This document shows positions 40,244-49,177 of a DNA stretch of 62,615 bases, piece by piece. The stretch comes from Nitrospirota bacterium (lineage in GTDB: Bacteria; Nitrospirota; Thermodesulfovibrionia; Thermodesulfovibrionales; SM23-35), in assembly GCA_013388435.1 (NCBI GenBank), contig JACAFE010000079.1, positions 1-62,615 on the forward strand. The letters are read 5' to 3'. A model generated the notes under the pieces. It did not search any database, had not been told where the DNA came from, and saw only the letters and a list, made by a program, of their open reading frames with translations. A program made the position numbers and the translations under genes. Position 1 is the first letter of the stretch. Each line of letters begins with the position of its first letter.

Positions 40244-40848
40244 TTAAGTGAGCCGGCTGTGAAATATTTAGATTCTTTTTTTATTTTAAATGAATTTTCG
40301 GATACAAAAAACATAAAATAGCCGAGTATAGGAGGGAGTTTTCTGATTTTTGATTCAGCTGTCACCCTTACAAAATATACGCCATTTTCAATATCTTTAA
40401 TATTCGCAAGTTTTATATTTTCGAAATTTAATGCCCATTGAAGCATGGATTCAAATGATTTAAACCTTTTCCTCACCTGAGATGTTCCGTCATTTGAAGT
40501 TGCTATAAATTCAGTTTTCACAGGATCAACCTTAATTGTTCTTGTGAATGATTTGCCTGCAATAAATTCATCAGGCCACATTTCCCATACTCTGAAGAGA
40601 TCTATGTGAAAGACTAATTCTTTTTTTATTCCATTTTTTATTTCTTCAAGAAATTTGTCATCAAAGGTTATGGAAGTTGTGACATATATTTCATTTTCGT
40701 ATATTTTTACCTCAGGGCCTGAGATTTCGGCAGCTATTAAGCTCGATTGAGACGAAGAAAAAATAAAGATGAGAGCTATAAGAAACAAAATTATATCTTT
40801 CTTAAAACAGTCTATAAATATTTTTTTCATCATTATTCCTATGAACAA
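40240..40848 (-). CDS. DUF4390-like periplasmic protein
   Basis: Signal peptide; IKNGI...F.I.L.R...WPD pattern; overlaps the ntrY start, the usual position for this family. Confidence 0.7.
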   Translation of the reverse strand: MFIGIMMKKIFIDCFKKDIILFLIALIFIFSSSQSSLIAAEISGPEVKIYENEIYVTTSITFDDKFLEEIKNGIKKELVFHIDLFRVWEMWPDEFIAGKSFTRTIKVDPVKTEFIATSNDGTSQVRKRFKSFESMLQWALNFENIKLANIKDIENGVYFVRVTAESKIRKLPPILGYFMFFVSENSFKIKKESKYFTAGSLK

Positions 40849-40945
40849 AGGCTTGACTTATTTCAAAAATTGTATTTTCATTATAGCATAGTAGGTTAAA
40901 CCAGTACTAAAATAGTCAGTAAACTCAATTTGTAAGGAGGATGAT

Positions 40946-41428
40946 ATGGAGATAAAAACAGTTAAAATTAAAATACCCGAAGGTTGCAATATAATACTCG
41001 GACAGACTCATTTTATAAAAACTATCGAAGACCTTTATGAAATCATTGCAACCACAGTTCCCGGAGCAAAATTTGGGATAGCTTTTAACGAAGCATCAGG
41101 ACCATGTCTTATCAGAACAGAAGGGAATGATAACGACCTTATTAATACATGTGTTGATAATCTTAAAGAGACAGGCGCGGGTCATGTATTTTGTGTTTTA
41201 TTAAAAAATGCTTTCCCGATAAATGTTCTGAATCAAATTAAGAATTGTCCCGAGGTATGCCGCATTTTCTGCGCCACTGCCAATCCGCTTGAGGTTGTAA
41301 TATGTGCTACCGAGCAAGGCAATGGCATTATTGGAGTAATAGACGGTTTTTCACCAAAAGGAGTAGAGACTCCCGGGGATAAAGCTCACAGAAAAGAGTT
41401 TCTGAGAAAAATAGGATATAAACTTTAG
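40946..41428 (+). CDS. Adenosine-specific kinase family protein (PF04008-like)
   Basis: ILGQTHFIKT, FGIAFNEASG, GAGH, FPIN, CATANP, IDGFSP, IGYK. Confidence 0.88.
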   Translation: MEIKTVKIKIPEGCNIILGQTHFIKTIEDLYEIIATTVPGAKFGIAFNEASGPCLIRTEGNDNDLINTCVDNLKETGAGHVFCVLLKNAFPINVLNQIKNCPEVCRIFCATANPLEVVICATEQGNGIIGVIDGFSPKGVETPGDKAHRKEFLRKIGYKL

Positions 41429-41506
41429 TCAATGTTTCAATGAAGATTTTATTTGATATTGGAAAATAATCATTAATATACGTATAACAATTTGGAGGAA
41501 TAAATT

Positions 41507-41824
41507 ATGCTACCAGAACTTAAGTATGATGAAAAAGGGCTTATCCCGGCAATAATTCAGGATGTTAAAACAGGTGAAGTTTTAATGATGGCTTATATGA
41601 ATGAAAAGTCTTTGCAGATGACTGTAGAAACAGGATACACCCATTTCTGGTCTCGTTCGCGGCAAAAATACTGGAAAAAAGGAGAGACATCCGGGCATGT
41701 TCAGGAGGTAAAGGAGATATTATACGATTGTGACGCAGATACTTTGCTTGTCAAGGTAATACAACACGGCTCTGGTGCATGTCACACAGGCAACAGGACA
41801 TGCTTTTACAGAAATATTAAATAG
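41507..41824 (+). CDS. hisI: Phosphoribosyl-AMP cyclohydrolase
   Basis: [26 protein letters not shown]. Confidence 0.97.
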   Translation: MLPELKYDEKGLIPAIIQDVKTGEVLMMAYMNEKSLQMTVETGYTHFWSRSRQKYWKKGETSGHVQEVKEILYDCDADTLLVKVIQHGSGACHTGNRTCFYRNIK

Positions 41825-41843
41825 ACAGAGTCAGGAGAATGAA

Positions 41844-42005
41844 ATGAGTAAATACAAGTGTTCGGTATGTGGTTATATTTATAATCCCGAAGAAGGAGAC
41901 CCTGATTCAGGAATTTCTCCCGGAACACCTTTTGAAAATCTTCCGAATGATTGGAAATGTCCTGTATGCGGGGCAGAAAAATCAGCATTTGAAAAAATTG
42001 ATTGA
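41844..42005 (+). CDS. Rubredoxin
   Basis: 53 aa; CSVCGYIY...WKCPVCG; CAGGAG RBS before ATG 41844. Confidence 0.96.
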   Translation: MSKYKCSVCGYIYNPEEGDPDSGISPGTPFENLPNDWKCPVCGAEKSAFEKID

Positions 42006-42057
42006 TTTTTATAATTGTTCTTAAAATTGTATAATTCGGGTCAGAGGGAGGATTTTT

Positions 42058-43473
42058 ATGTCAGGAAATAAAAGAAAGACATTAAAAAAGACACCAACCT
42101 ATATTATAGGACTTGATGAAATTTTAAATGGCGGATTGCCTCACGGGCGAACTTCGCTTATTTTTGGAACTCCAGGAAATGGTAAAACAGTGATGGGAGT
42201 AGAATTTCTTTATAGAGGGGCTATTAATGGTGAGCCTGGTATTTTTCTCGGTTTTGAAGAAACAGTGAAAACCCTATGCGAAAATGCGCTTACCATGGGT
42301 TTTGATCTTTCATATTTGAAGAAAAAGAATCTAATATTTCTTATGAATGGGCAGATTGAACCTGATGTAATTGTGAGCGGGAAGTTTTCGCTCAAACCAT
42401 TGCTTTCCATTATTTCAGGAAAAGCAAAAGAAATAGGCGCAAAGAGAATTGTTCTGGATGCTCTGGATGTGGTATTTGGTTTATTAGAAAATCCTATTCA
42501 GGTACGTTCGGAATTATATCAGTTAAATCTATGGCTTATGAAGCTCGGACTTACCACACTTATTACTTTAAAACCAAGAGAAGGTTATCCAGGAACTTTG
42601 TTTCAGGATTACTTCTATTCAATATCAGATTGTGTTATCCATCTCGATGTTAGACAATTAGATCAGGTCTCCACAAGAAGATGTCGTGTAGTCAAATATC
42701 GGGGTTCTGATTTTGGAAGAAATGAATATCCTTTTATTATTACAAATAAAGGTATCCGTTTAATTCCGATTACAAAGTTTGACTTGAGGCATAAACCTTT
42801 TGGAGAGAGAATTTCTTCAGGCATTAAAAGACTCGATGAGATGCTCGGAGGAGGCTATCAGAGAGCATCATGTATTCTTTTTGCAGGTGAACCAGGAACA
42901 GGGAAAACTATTCTCGCATCAACTTTTGTTACGCAGATGTGCAAACAAAATGAAAGAGTTCTGTATTTAAGTTTTGAGGAATCACCTGATGCAATTACTC
43001 ATAACGTAACAAGCGTTGGACTAAATCTCGAACGATTTTTAAACTCAGGGAAGCTTTTAATTTATGGAACAATGCCTGAGGCAACCGGTGTTGAAGAACA
43101 TTTAATGAGACTTTTTGACAAAGTTGAAAGCTTTAGCCCACAACATGTGATTATAGATGCCATTTCTGCTTGTGAAAGAATAGGTGGAAAGGAAGCTGCA
43201 TTTGATTATCTTATGCGTATTTTAAATTTCCTGAAGGAAAAAGGAATAACAGTAGTTCTTACAAACCAAACATCAGGGAGAAAATCACAGCTCGAAATAT
43301 CAGGAAATGGAATATCATCCATGGTGGATACCGTCATTTTTATAACATATGTGCATGGTGAGAAAGAGGTTAATAGAACTATTCAGATTCTCAAAGCAAG
43401 AGGATCGAGCCATTCAAATAAAATAAAAGGATTCAGGATAAATGATAGCGGGATAGAGATTTATGATATTTAA
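42058..43473 (+). CDS. kaiC: Circadian clock protein KaiC homolog (two-domain, C-terminally short)
   Basis: CI GTPGNGKT/FEE/KYRGS; CII GEPGTGKT/FEES/KARGS; ISSMVDT phosphosite region. Confidence 0.93.
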   Translation: MSGNKRKTLKKTPTYIIGLDEILNGGLPHGRTSLIFGTPGNGKTVMGVEFLYRGAINGEPGIFLGFEETVKTLCENALTMGFDLSYLKKKNLIFLMNGQIEPDVIVSGKFSLKPLLSIISGKAKEIGAKRIVLDALDVVFGLLENPIQVRSELYQLNLWLMKLGLTTLITLKPREGYPGTLFQDYFYSISDCVIHLDVRQLDQVSTRRCRVVKYRGSDFGRNEYPFIITNKGIRLIPITKFDLRHKPFGERISSGIKRLDEMLGGGYQRASCILFAGEPGTGKTILASTFVTQMCKQNERVLYLSFEESPDAITHNVTSVGLNLERFLNSGKLLIYGTMPEATGVEEHLMRLFDKVESFSPQHVIIDAISACERIGGKEAAFDYLMRILNFLKEKGITVVLTNQTSGRKSQLEISGNGISSMVDTVIFITYVHGEKEVNRTIQILKARGSSHSNKIKGFRINDSGIEIYDI

Positions 43474-43495
43474 ATATTAAGGATTCAGAGAAAAT

Positions 43496-43864
43496 ATGGG
43501 GAGGGATAAATTGGCTGATAGCAAACGGGCTAAAAAGAAAGAAAAATTAGCTAATAAAACTGAGAAAAACAAAAATCTGCTTCATTATAATTTAAGGTTA
43601 TTCATTGCAGGTGATGAACCAAATTCAAAAATGGCAGAAAAAACTTTGAAGGATATATGTGAAAAATACCTTCATGGCAGTTATAAACTCGAAATAATTG
43701 ATGTGACTAAGGATTTTAATATATCACTTGAGGAAAAGGTCTTTTTTGCCCCGACTTTGATTATCGAGACTCCTGAATTTAAATCAAGAATTGTCGGTTC
43801 TCTGAACGATGTTCAAAAGTTACTTGAACTTCTCGGCTTGTCTGAAACAGGAGGGAATAAGTGA
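43496..43864 (+). CDS. kaiB: KaiB-family protein
   Basis: YNLRLFIAG..PNS..A, LEIIDV, APTL, RIVGSL; Lys-rich N-terminal extension. Confidence 0.9.
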   Translation: MGRDKLADSKRAKKKEKLANKTEKNKNLLHYNLRLFIAGDEPNSKMAEKTLKDICEKYLHGSYKLEIIDVTKDFNISLEEKVFFAPTLIIETPEFKSRIVGSLNDVQKLLELLGLSETGGNK

Positions 43865-45672
43865 GCAAGAAGAAGCTAACTTACAAAGAACTACAGGAAA
43901 AGCTCACTCAGGCTGAAGAAGCTATAGAAGCATTACGTTCAGGAAGAGTAGATGTAATACTGGGTGAGAATTGCCCTCTTGTAATTAAGGCAAAACATTT
44001 TGAAGAAGAATCTAAAAAACTAAATGCTGCGATTGAACAGACATCTGATTGGGTTCTTATAACCGACAGGGATGGAACTATTGAATATGTAAATAAAGCT
44101 GTTGAAAGAATATCAGAATATGGCAGAGAAGAACTAATCGGCAAAAATCCAAGAATATTTAAATCAGGAAAACATAATAGAGAATTTTACAAAAATTTAT
44201 GGGACACGATATGTTCCGGTAATACATTTAACGCAATATTGATAAACAGGAAAAAAACAGGAGATTTATTCGAACTGCATTATACAATAACACCCTTAAA
44301 AGACGAAGAAGGTCAAATTCATCATTTTATAGCTACAGCAAAGGATTTAACAGAACAAAAGATTCTTAAAGAACAGATAGAATATATATCGAAATATGAT
44401 ATTTTAACCGGTCTTTATAACAGGAAATATTTTGCACATGAAATTGACGAGTTGGCAGAAGAAGCTCAGAAACAGACAGTTAAATTTGCCGTGGTTGTTG
44501 TTGATATTGATAGATTTACAGCTTTGAATGATACCTTTGGTTTTGAAGCCGGGGATGAAATATTAAAAAGAGCGGGCAGGAGAATTGTCAATAGTATCTG
44601 TGCAGAATGTAAAGTTGCGCGGTTTGAAGCTGACAAATATGGAATACTCCTTTCTGATATAGAAAACCCTGAGGATATAATTTTGGTGCTTGAAAAAATA
44701 AGAAGCAATTTTAATAACTCATTCAAAATTGACAATGAAGATGTATTCCTCTCACTAAGCATGGGCATTTCAATATTCCCTGAAAATGGCAATAGCGCAG
44801 AAAATCTGATAAAAAATGCTGAAGTTGCTCTCTCAAAAGCGAAGTCAGTAAGGTTGAATAACTACCAGTTTTTCGAAGAAGAAATCAATATTAAAACCTC
44901 TGAATTTGTACATATGCAGAGACATTTATTTCACGCGCTCGAGAAAAATGAATTTATTATGCATTATCAACCTTATTTTGATTGTCAGACCCGTGAATTA
45001 AAGGGTTTAGAAGCATTGATCCGCTGGAATAGTCCAAAATTCGGTCTTGTGCTTCCCGGTATGTTTATACCATTTCTTGAAGAAACAGGGATGATACTGG
45101 AAGTTGGAAAATGGATTATAAGAACAGTGTGTAAACAGATTAAGACATGGATAAATAAAGGTTATGAAAAAAATATTGTTCCTGTATATATAAATCTTTC
45201 CTCAACGCAGTTTGCTCAAAAAAATCTTATGGATTTTATAAATGAGACAATAGAACAGACTGGTATAAAACCTGAATATCTCGGATTTGAGATTACTGAA
45301 AGCACATTTATAGAAGATATTGAAAATACAAAAGCTGTTCTTGAAAGTTTCAAACAAAAAGGAATTTCAGTAAATATAGATGACTTTGGAACAGGATATT
45401 CATCACTTAGCAGTTTATGGAAGTTGCCCTTTAATAATTTAAAGATAGATTGTTCTTTTATCAAAGAATTAACAAGTAATCCTGATAATACTTTTATAGT
45501 AATAACAATAATCTCACTTGCCCATAACCTTAATATTAAGACAATCGCCGAAGGAGTTGAGAATGAACTCCAATGGCAGACTCTTCGCATTCTGAAATGC
45601 GATATGGTGCAGGGATACTATTTCAGTAAGCCTTTGTCAGCGGATGAAATTGAGAGATTCCTTAAGAGTTAA
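43861..45672 (+). CDS. PAS / degenerate GGDEF / EAL c-di-GMP phosphodiesterase
   Basis: PAS-PAC (ITDRDG.IEYVN..GKNP); GGDEF position reads EADKY; EAL, INLS, EITE, DDFGTGYSS, LKID, AEGVE and QGYY intact; GTGA overlap with kaiB. Confidence 0.92.
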   Translation: MSKKKLTYKELQEKLTQAEEAIEALRSGRVDVILGENCPLVIKAKHFEEESKKLNAAIEQTSDWVLITDRDGTIEYVNKAVERISEYGREELIGKNPRIFKSGKHNREFYKNLWDTICSGNTFNAILINRKKTGDLFELHYTITPLKDEEGQIHHFIATAKDLTEQKILKEQIEYISKYDILTGLYNRKYFAHEIDELAEEAQKQTVKFAVVVVDIDRFTALNDTFGFEAGDEILKRAGRRIVNSICAECKVARFEADKYGILLSDIENPEDIILVLEKIRSNFNNSFKIDNEDVFLSLSMGISIFPENGNSAENLIKNAEVALSKAKSVRLNNYQFFEEEINIKTSEFVHMQRHLFHALEKNEFIMHYQPYFDCQTRELKGLEALIRWNSPKFGLVLPGMFIPFLEETGMILEVGKWIIRTVCKQIKTWINKGYEKNIVPVYINLSSTQFAQKNLMDFINETIEQTGIKPEYLGFEITESTFIEDIENTKAVLESFKQKGISVNIDDFGTGYSSLSSLWKLPFNNLKIDCSFIKELTSNPDNTFIVITIISLAHNLNIKTIAEGVENELQWQTLRILKCDMVQGYYFSKPLSADEIERFLKS

Positions 45673-45703
45673 AACTCGTTGGAATAAGAAGGAGATTTTA
45701 TAT

Positions 45704-46372
45704 ATGGAAGATTTAAAGCATTCCGAGACATGGAGAGTATTCAGAATTCAATCAGAACTTGTTGAGGGTTTTGAGACTTTAAATGACCTTGGTCCTGCGG
45801 TGGCAATTTTTGGGAGTTCCCGCATGAAGCCAGGCTCACATTATTACAAAAAAGCTGTTGAACTTGGCAGATTTCTTTCGAATTCAGGTTTTTCAGTTAT
45901 AACAGGCGGAGGGCCCGGAATTATGGAAGGCGCCAATAGAGGAGCCAAGAAAGGCAAGGGAAAATCAGTTGGACTGAATATAGAAATTCCGGCAGAACAG
46001 CATCCCAATCCTTATCAGGATATAAATCTTTCTTTCAGATATTTTTTTATCAGAAAACTAATGTTTGTCAAATATTCGATGGCTTTTATTATATTTCCGG
46101 GCGGATTTGGCACAATGGATGAATTGTTCGAGGCATTGACCTTATCTCAAACAAAAAAGATAGGAGTATTCCCTATAATTCTATTTGGTAGCGAATACTG
46201 GTCTGGATTGGTTGAATGGTTCAGATCAACACTTATACCGCACAATACAATTGATGCAAAGGATCTCGGGTTATTCAGTGTTGTTGATGAAGTTCATGAA
46301 GTCTGTGGAATTTTGCAGGAATACAGAAAAGCATATAATCAGGAAATACCCGAATGCAAACAACTAAGATAA
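45704..46372 (+). CDS. LOG family (TIGR00730-like) nucleotide 5'-monophosphate phosphoribohydrolase
   Basis: FGSSR, TGGGPGIME, FFIRK, PGGFGTMDE; ATG 45704 after AAGGAG. Confidence 0.92.
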   Translation: MEDLKHSETWRVFRIQSELVEGFETLNDLGPAVAIFGSSRMKPGSHYYKKAVELGRFLSNSGFSVITGGGPGIMEGANRGAKKGKGKSVGLNIEIPAEQHPNPYQDINLSFRYFFIRKLMFVKYSMAFIIFPGGFGTMDELFEALTLSQTKKIGVFPIILFGSEYWSGLVEWFRSTLIPHNTIDAKDLGLFSVVDEVHEVCGILQEYRKAYNQEIPECKQLR

Positions 46373-46933
46373 TTATTTACGGGGATGTACCATGCGGTAA
46401 TCCACGGGTCTTTCTTTAAGACCTTTATCTGACCATATACCAAGCTTATTTTTACGCGCTGTTGATTGAGCTGCTGTTAATTCATTGACATACTTTACAT
46501 TGGGTGGAAAAGTAAAAAGCATTGCATAACCATTTTCAAGCATTTTTTGATTAATTAACTGCCCGTCAGCAGTTCTTAAATAAGCCAGTAATCTGCCATA
46601 TTTATCTCTTTTATCAATGTCGTATTCAATAGATACTTTCCAGCCCGAAGAACTTATTATAGATTGGAGAAATTCTTTTGATTTTTCGCCCCATGGTTTT
46701 TGTGCCAGTTCAGGTGCATCAATGCCAATTAGCCTTATCTTCTCCTCTTTTTTACCAATTCTCGCGGTAAGTGTATCTCCATCCGCTATTGATAAAACAG
46801 AAACTAAAGAATCTGTAGTCTTATCCTTTGTAGTGCTTATATTTTCATTTATCAGATAAAACACAGCGACAATAATAAAAATTATCGAAGTAAATAGATT
46901 TGCCTTCTTAAACTTTCTATTTTTTATATTCAT
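46373..46933 (-). CDS. Thermonuclease (SNase) family protein, membrane-anchored
   Basis: N-terminal TM helix, DGDT, IRLIGIDAPE, DKYGRLLAY, GIWS. Confidence 0.93.
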   Translation of the reverse strand: MNIKNRKFKKANLFTSIIFIIVAVFYLINENISTTKDKTTDSLVSVLSIADGDTLTARIGKKEEKIRLIGIDAPELAQKPWGEKSKEFLQSIISSSGWKVSIEYDIDKRDKYGRLLAYLRTADGQLINQKMLENGYAMLFTFPPNVKYVNELTAAQSTARKNKLGIWSDKGLKERPVDYRMVHPRK

Positions 46934-46964
46934 AATGCATATTATAAACTTTTGAGGTTATAAT

Positions 46965-48383
46965 ATGCATATGCAATTAATACCGGGACCCGGATATACA
47001 ATCACCATTAGACTTGAAATGCCAAAACAGGTAGGACTTTTTTCTTCTGTAGCTTCTGTTATAAACAAAGTGGGTGGTGATATATGCGCTTCTGATATTG
47101 TGAAAACCAGTAGCAGTTCTGTTTTCAGGGATTTTACTGTAAATGCACGCGATGACGAACATGAAAAGGAAATAATAGAGGCTGTAAAGAAAATTGAAGG
47201 AGTCAGAATAGTACATGTATCTGACAGAACATTTCTTTCCCATCAGGGTGGCAAAATTGAAATACACAACAAGCTCCCGATAAAAGACCGCAATGACCTT
47301 TCAAGAGTTTACACTCCGGGTGTAGCCCGAATATGCATGGCAATTTATAATGACAGACAGAAAGCTTACCGTTATACAATAAAAAGAAATTCTATTGCAA
47401 TCATAACTGATGGCACAGCAGTTCTCGGACTTGGAGACATAGGACCTGAAGCAGCATTGCCTGTTATGGAAGGCAAAGCAATGATATTTAAAGAGTTTGC
47501 AAATATTGATGCTTTTCCTTTGTGCCTTTCCACAAGTAAACCTGATGAAATAGTAAATACGATTATAAACATATCACCCTCATTTGGTGGCATTAATCTC
47601 GAAGATATTTCTGCTCCGAGATGTTTTGTAATTGAGGAGAAACTTAAAAAAGAACTTGATATTCCGGTATTCCATGACGACCAGCACGGCACCGCAGTTG
47701 TGGTGCTCGCTGCTCTATTGAACTCATTAAAAGTAGTTCACAAAAAGATGGAGGATTTAAAGGTTGTTATTTCCGGTGCAGGAGCAGCAGGTATTGCATG
47801 TTGCAAAATATTAATAGAAACAGGTGTGAAAAATATAATTGTCTGTGATACATCAGGCTCGATATATGAAGGCAGAACCAATAACATGAACCCTGCTAAA
47901 AAATGGGTTTCTGAAAATACAAATCAGGATAAATTTAAAGGAAGCCTCCCGGATGCTTTAAGTGGAGCCGATGTTTTTATAGGTGTCTCGACAGGAAATA
48001 TATTAACTGTAGAGGATATTAAGAAAATGGCTGGTGATTCTATTGTTTTTGCGCTTGCCAATCCTGTGCCTGAAATTTCACCTGATGAAGCTTTGCCTTT
48101 TGTAAGAATTATGGCAACAGGAAGGTCTGATTATCCAAATCAGATAAATAATATGCTCTGTTTCCCTGGACTTTTCAGGGGATTGCTTGATTCAAGGGCA
48201 AGAATGGTTAATGAAGAAATCAAACTTGCTGCAGCAAAAGCAATAGCTTCAGTAATAGATGAAAAAGACCTGAGCGAAGATTATATAATACCAAGTATCT
48301 TCAATAAGAGAGTTGTTCAAGCAGTTGCATCTGCGGTTGAAGAAGAAGCATATAGAACAGGAGTTGCAGGAAAAGAGAGATGA
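46965..48383 (+). CDS. NAD(P)-dependent malic enzyme with N-terminal ACT domain
   Basis: YTPGVA, GLGDIG, MEGKA, NLEDI, HDDQHGTA, GAGAAG, ANPVPE, GRSDYPNQINN. Confidence 0.95.
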   Translation: MHMQLIPGPGYTITIRLEMPKQVGLFSSVASVINKVGGDICASDIVKTSSSSVFRDFTVNARDDEHEKEIIEAVKKIEGVRIVHVSDRTFLSHQGGKIEIHNKLPIKDRNDLSRVYTPGVARICMAIYNDRQKAYRYTIKRNSIAIITDGTAVLGLGDIGPEAALPVMEGKAMIFKEFANIDAFPLCLSTSKPDEIVNTIINISPSFGGINLEDISAPRCFVIEEKLKKELDIPVFHDDQHGTAVVVLAALLNSLKVVHKKMEDLKVVISGAGAAGIACCKILIETGVKNIIVCDTSGSIYEGRTNNMNPAKKWVSENTNQDKFKGSLPDALSGADVFIGVSTGNILTVEDIKKMAGDSIVFALANPVPEISPDEALPFVRIMATGRSDYPNQINNMLCFPGLFRGLLDSRARMVNEEIKLAAAKAIASVIDEKDLSEDYIIPSIFNKRVVQAVASAVEEEAYRTGVAGKER

Positions 48384-49141
48384 ATTCTTATATTGAAAAG
48401 AAGATACTAAAATACAAAGACAACTCAGTTATAGAAACTATTGACTATATTGCTGTTGAAAAAAAATTACAGGTAGTAATTAATGGTAAAGAAATTGTTA
48501 GTTTTTTCTGCACACCTTTACAAGTTAGAGAACTTGTAATAGGTTTCTTGCTTACCGAAGGAATTCTCAAAGGTCATTTTTGCGCGGAATCCCTGTCAAT
48601 TAACTATGGCGATGAAATAACCGTAAATATAACTCTCGATGGTGAGATTGAGGAACGCCAGATGACAATAACATCCGGGTGTGTTGGTGGTGTTACTTTT
48701 TCTGCCAAAAAAGAATTAAACAGAATATCTGATAATTTTGTTTTAAATGCAGAAACATTAAAAAAGTTATTTATTGATTTTAACCAGAGAGCTGAACTCT
48801 TCAGAATGACAGGGTGTGTCCATGGCGCTGCGATCGCAGACAGGGATGGAATAATTTATTTTTCCGAAGATATTGGAAGACACAATGCGGTTGACAAAAT
48901 TATTGGATGCTGTATCCTTGAGAATATACCATTCCCGGAGAAAATTCTAATGGCGAGCGGCAGACTTTCGTCAGAAATTGTAACAAAAGCAGGGAAATGG
49001 GGAATACCTGTTATCTCGAGCAGAACCTCGCCAACCAGCCGCGCGGTTGAAATTGCTGAAAAAGCAGGGATTACACTCGTAGGTTTTGTAAGAGGGGACA
49101 GGTTCAATATCTATTCAAACTCCCATCGCATAAAAACTTAA
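48380..49141 (+). CDS. fdhD: Formate dehydrogenase accessory sulfurtransferase
   Basis: GFLLTEG, TSGC, GCVHGAA, EDIGRHNAVDK, SGR, TLVGFVR. Confidence 0.93.
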   Translation: MNSYIEKKILKYKDNSVIETIDYIAVEKKLQVVINGKEIVSFFCTPLQVRELVIGFLLTEGILKGHFCAESLSINYGDEITVNITLDGEIEERQMTITSGCVGGVTFSAKKELNRISDNFVLNAETLKKLFIDFNQRAELFRMTGCVHGAAIADRDGIIYFSEDIGRHNAVDKIIGCCILENIPFPEKILMASGRLSSEIVTKAGKWGIPVISSRTSPTSRAVEIAEKAGITLVGFVRGDRFNIYSNSHRIKT

Positions 49142-49177
49142 TTTATGCACAAACACTATTTATGATATAATTTTTTA

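Noticed and set aside
41775-41843. Upstream extension of the rubredoxin ORF
   Set aside because: It overlaps hisI; the RBS and the canonical 53-aa rubredoxin point to ATG 41844
44380-44880. Active diguanylate cyclase in the Kai-linked protein
   Set aside because: The signature reads EADKY instead of GG[DE]EF, so the domain is probably inactive
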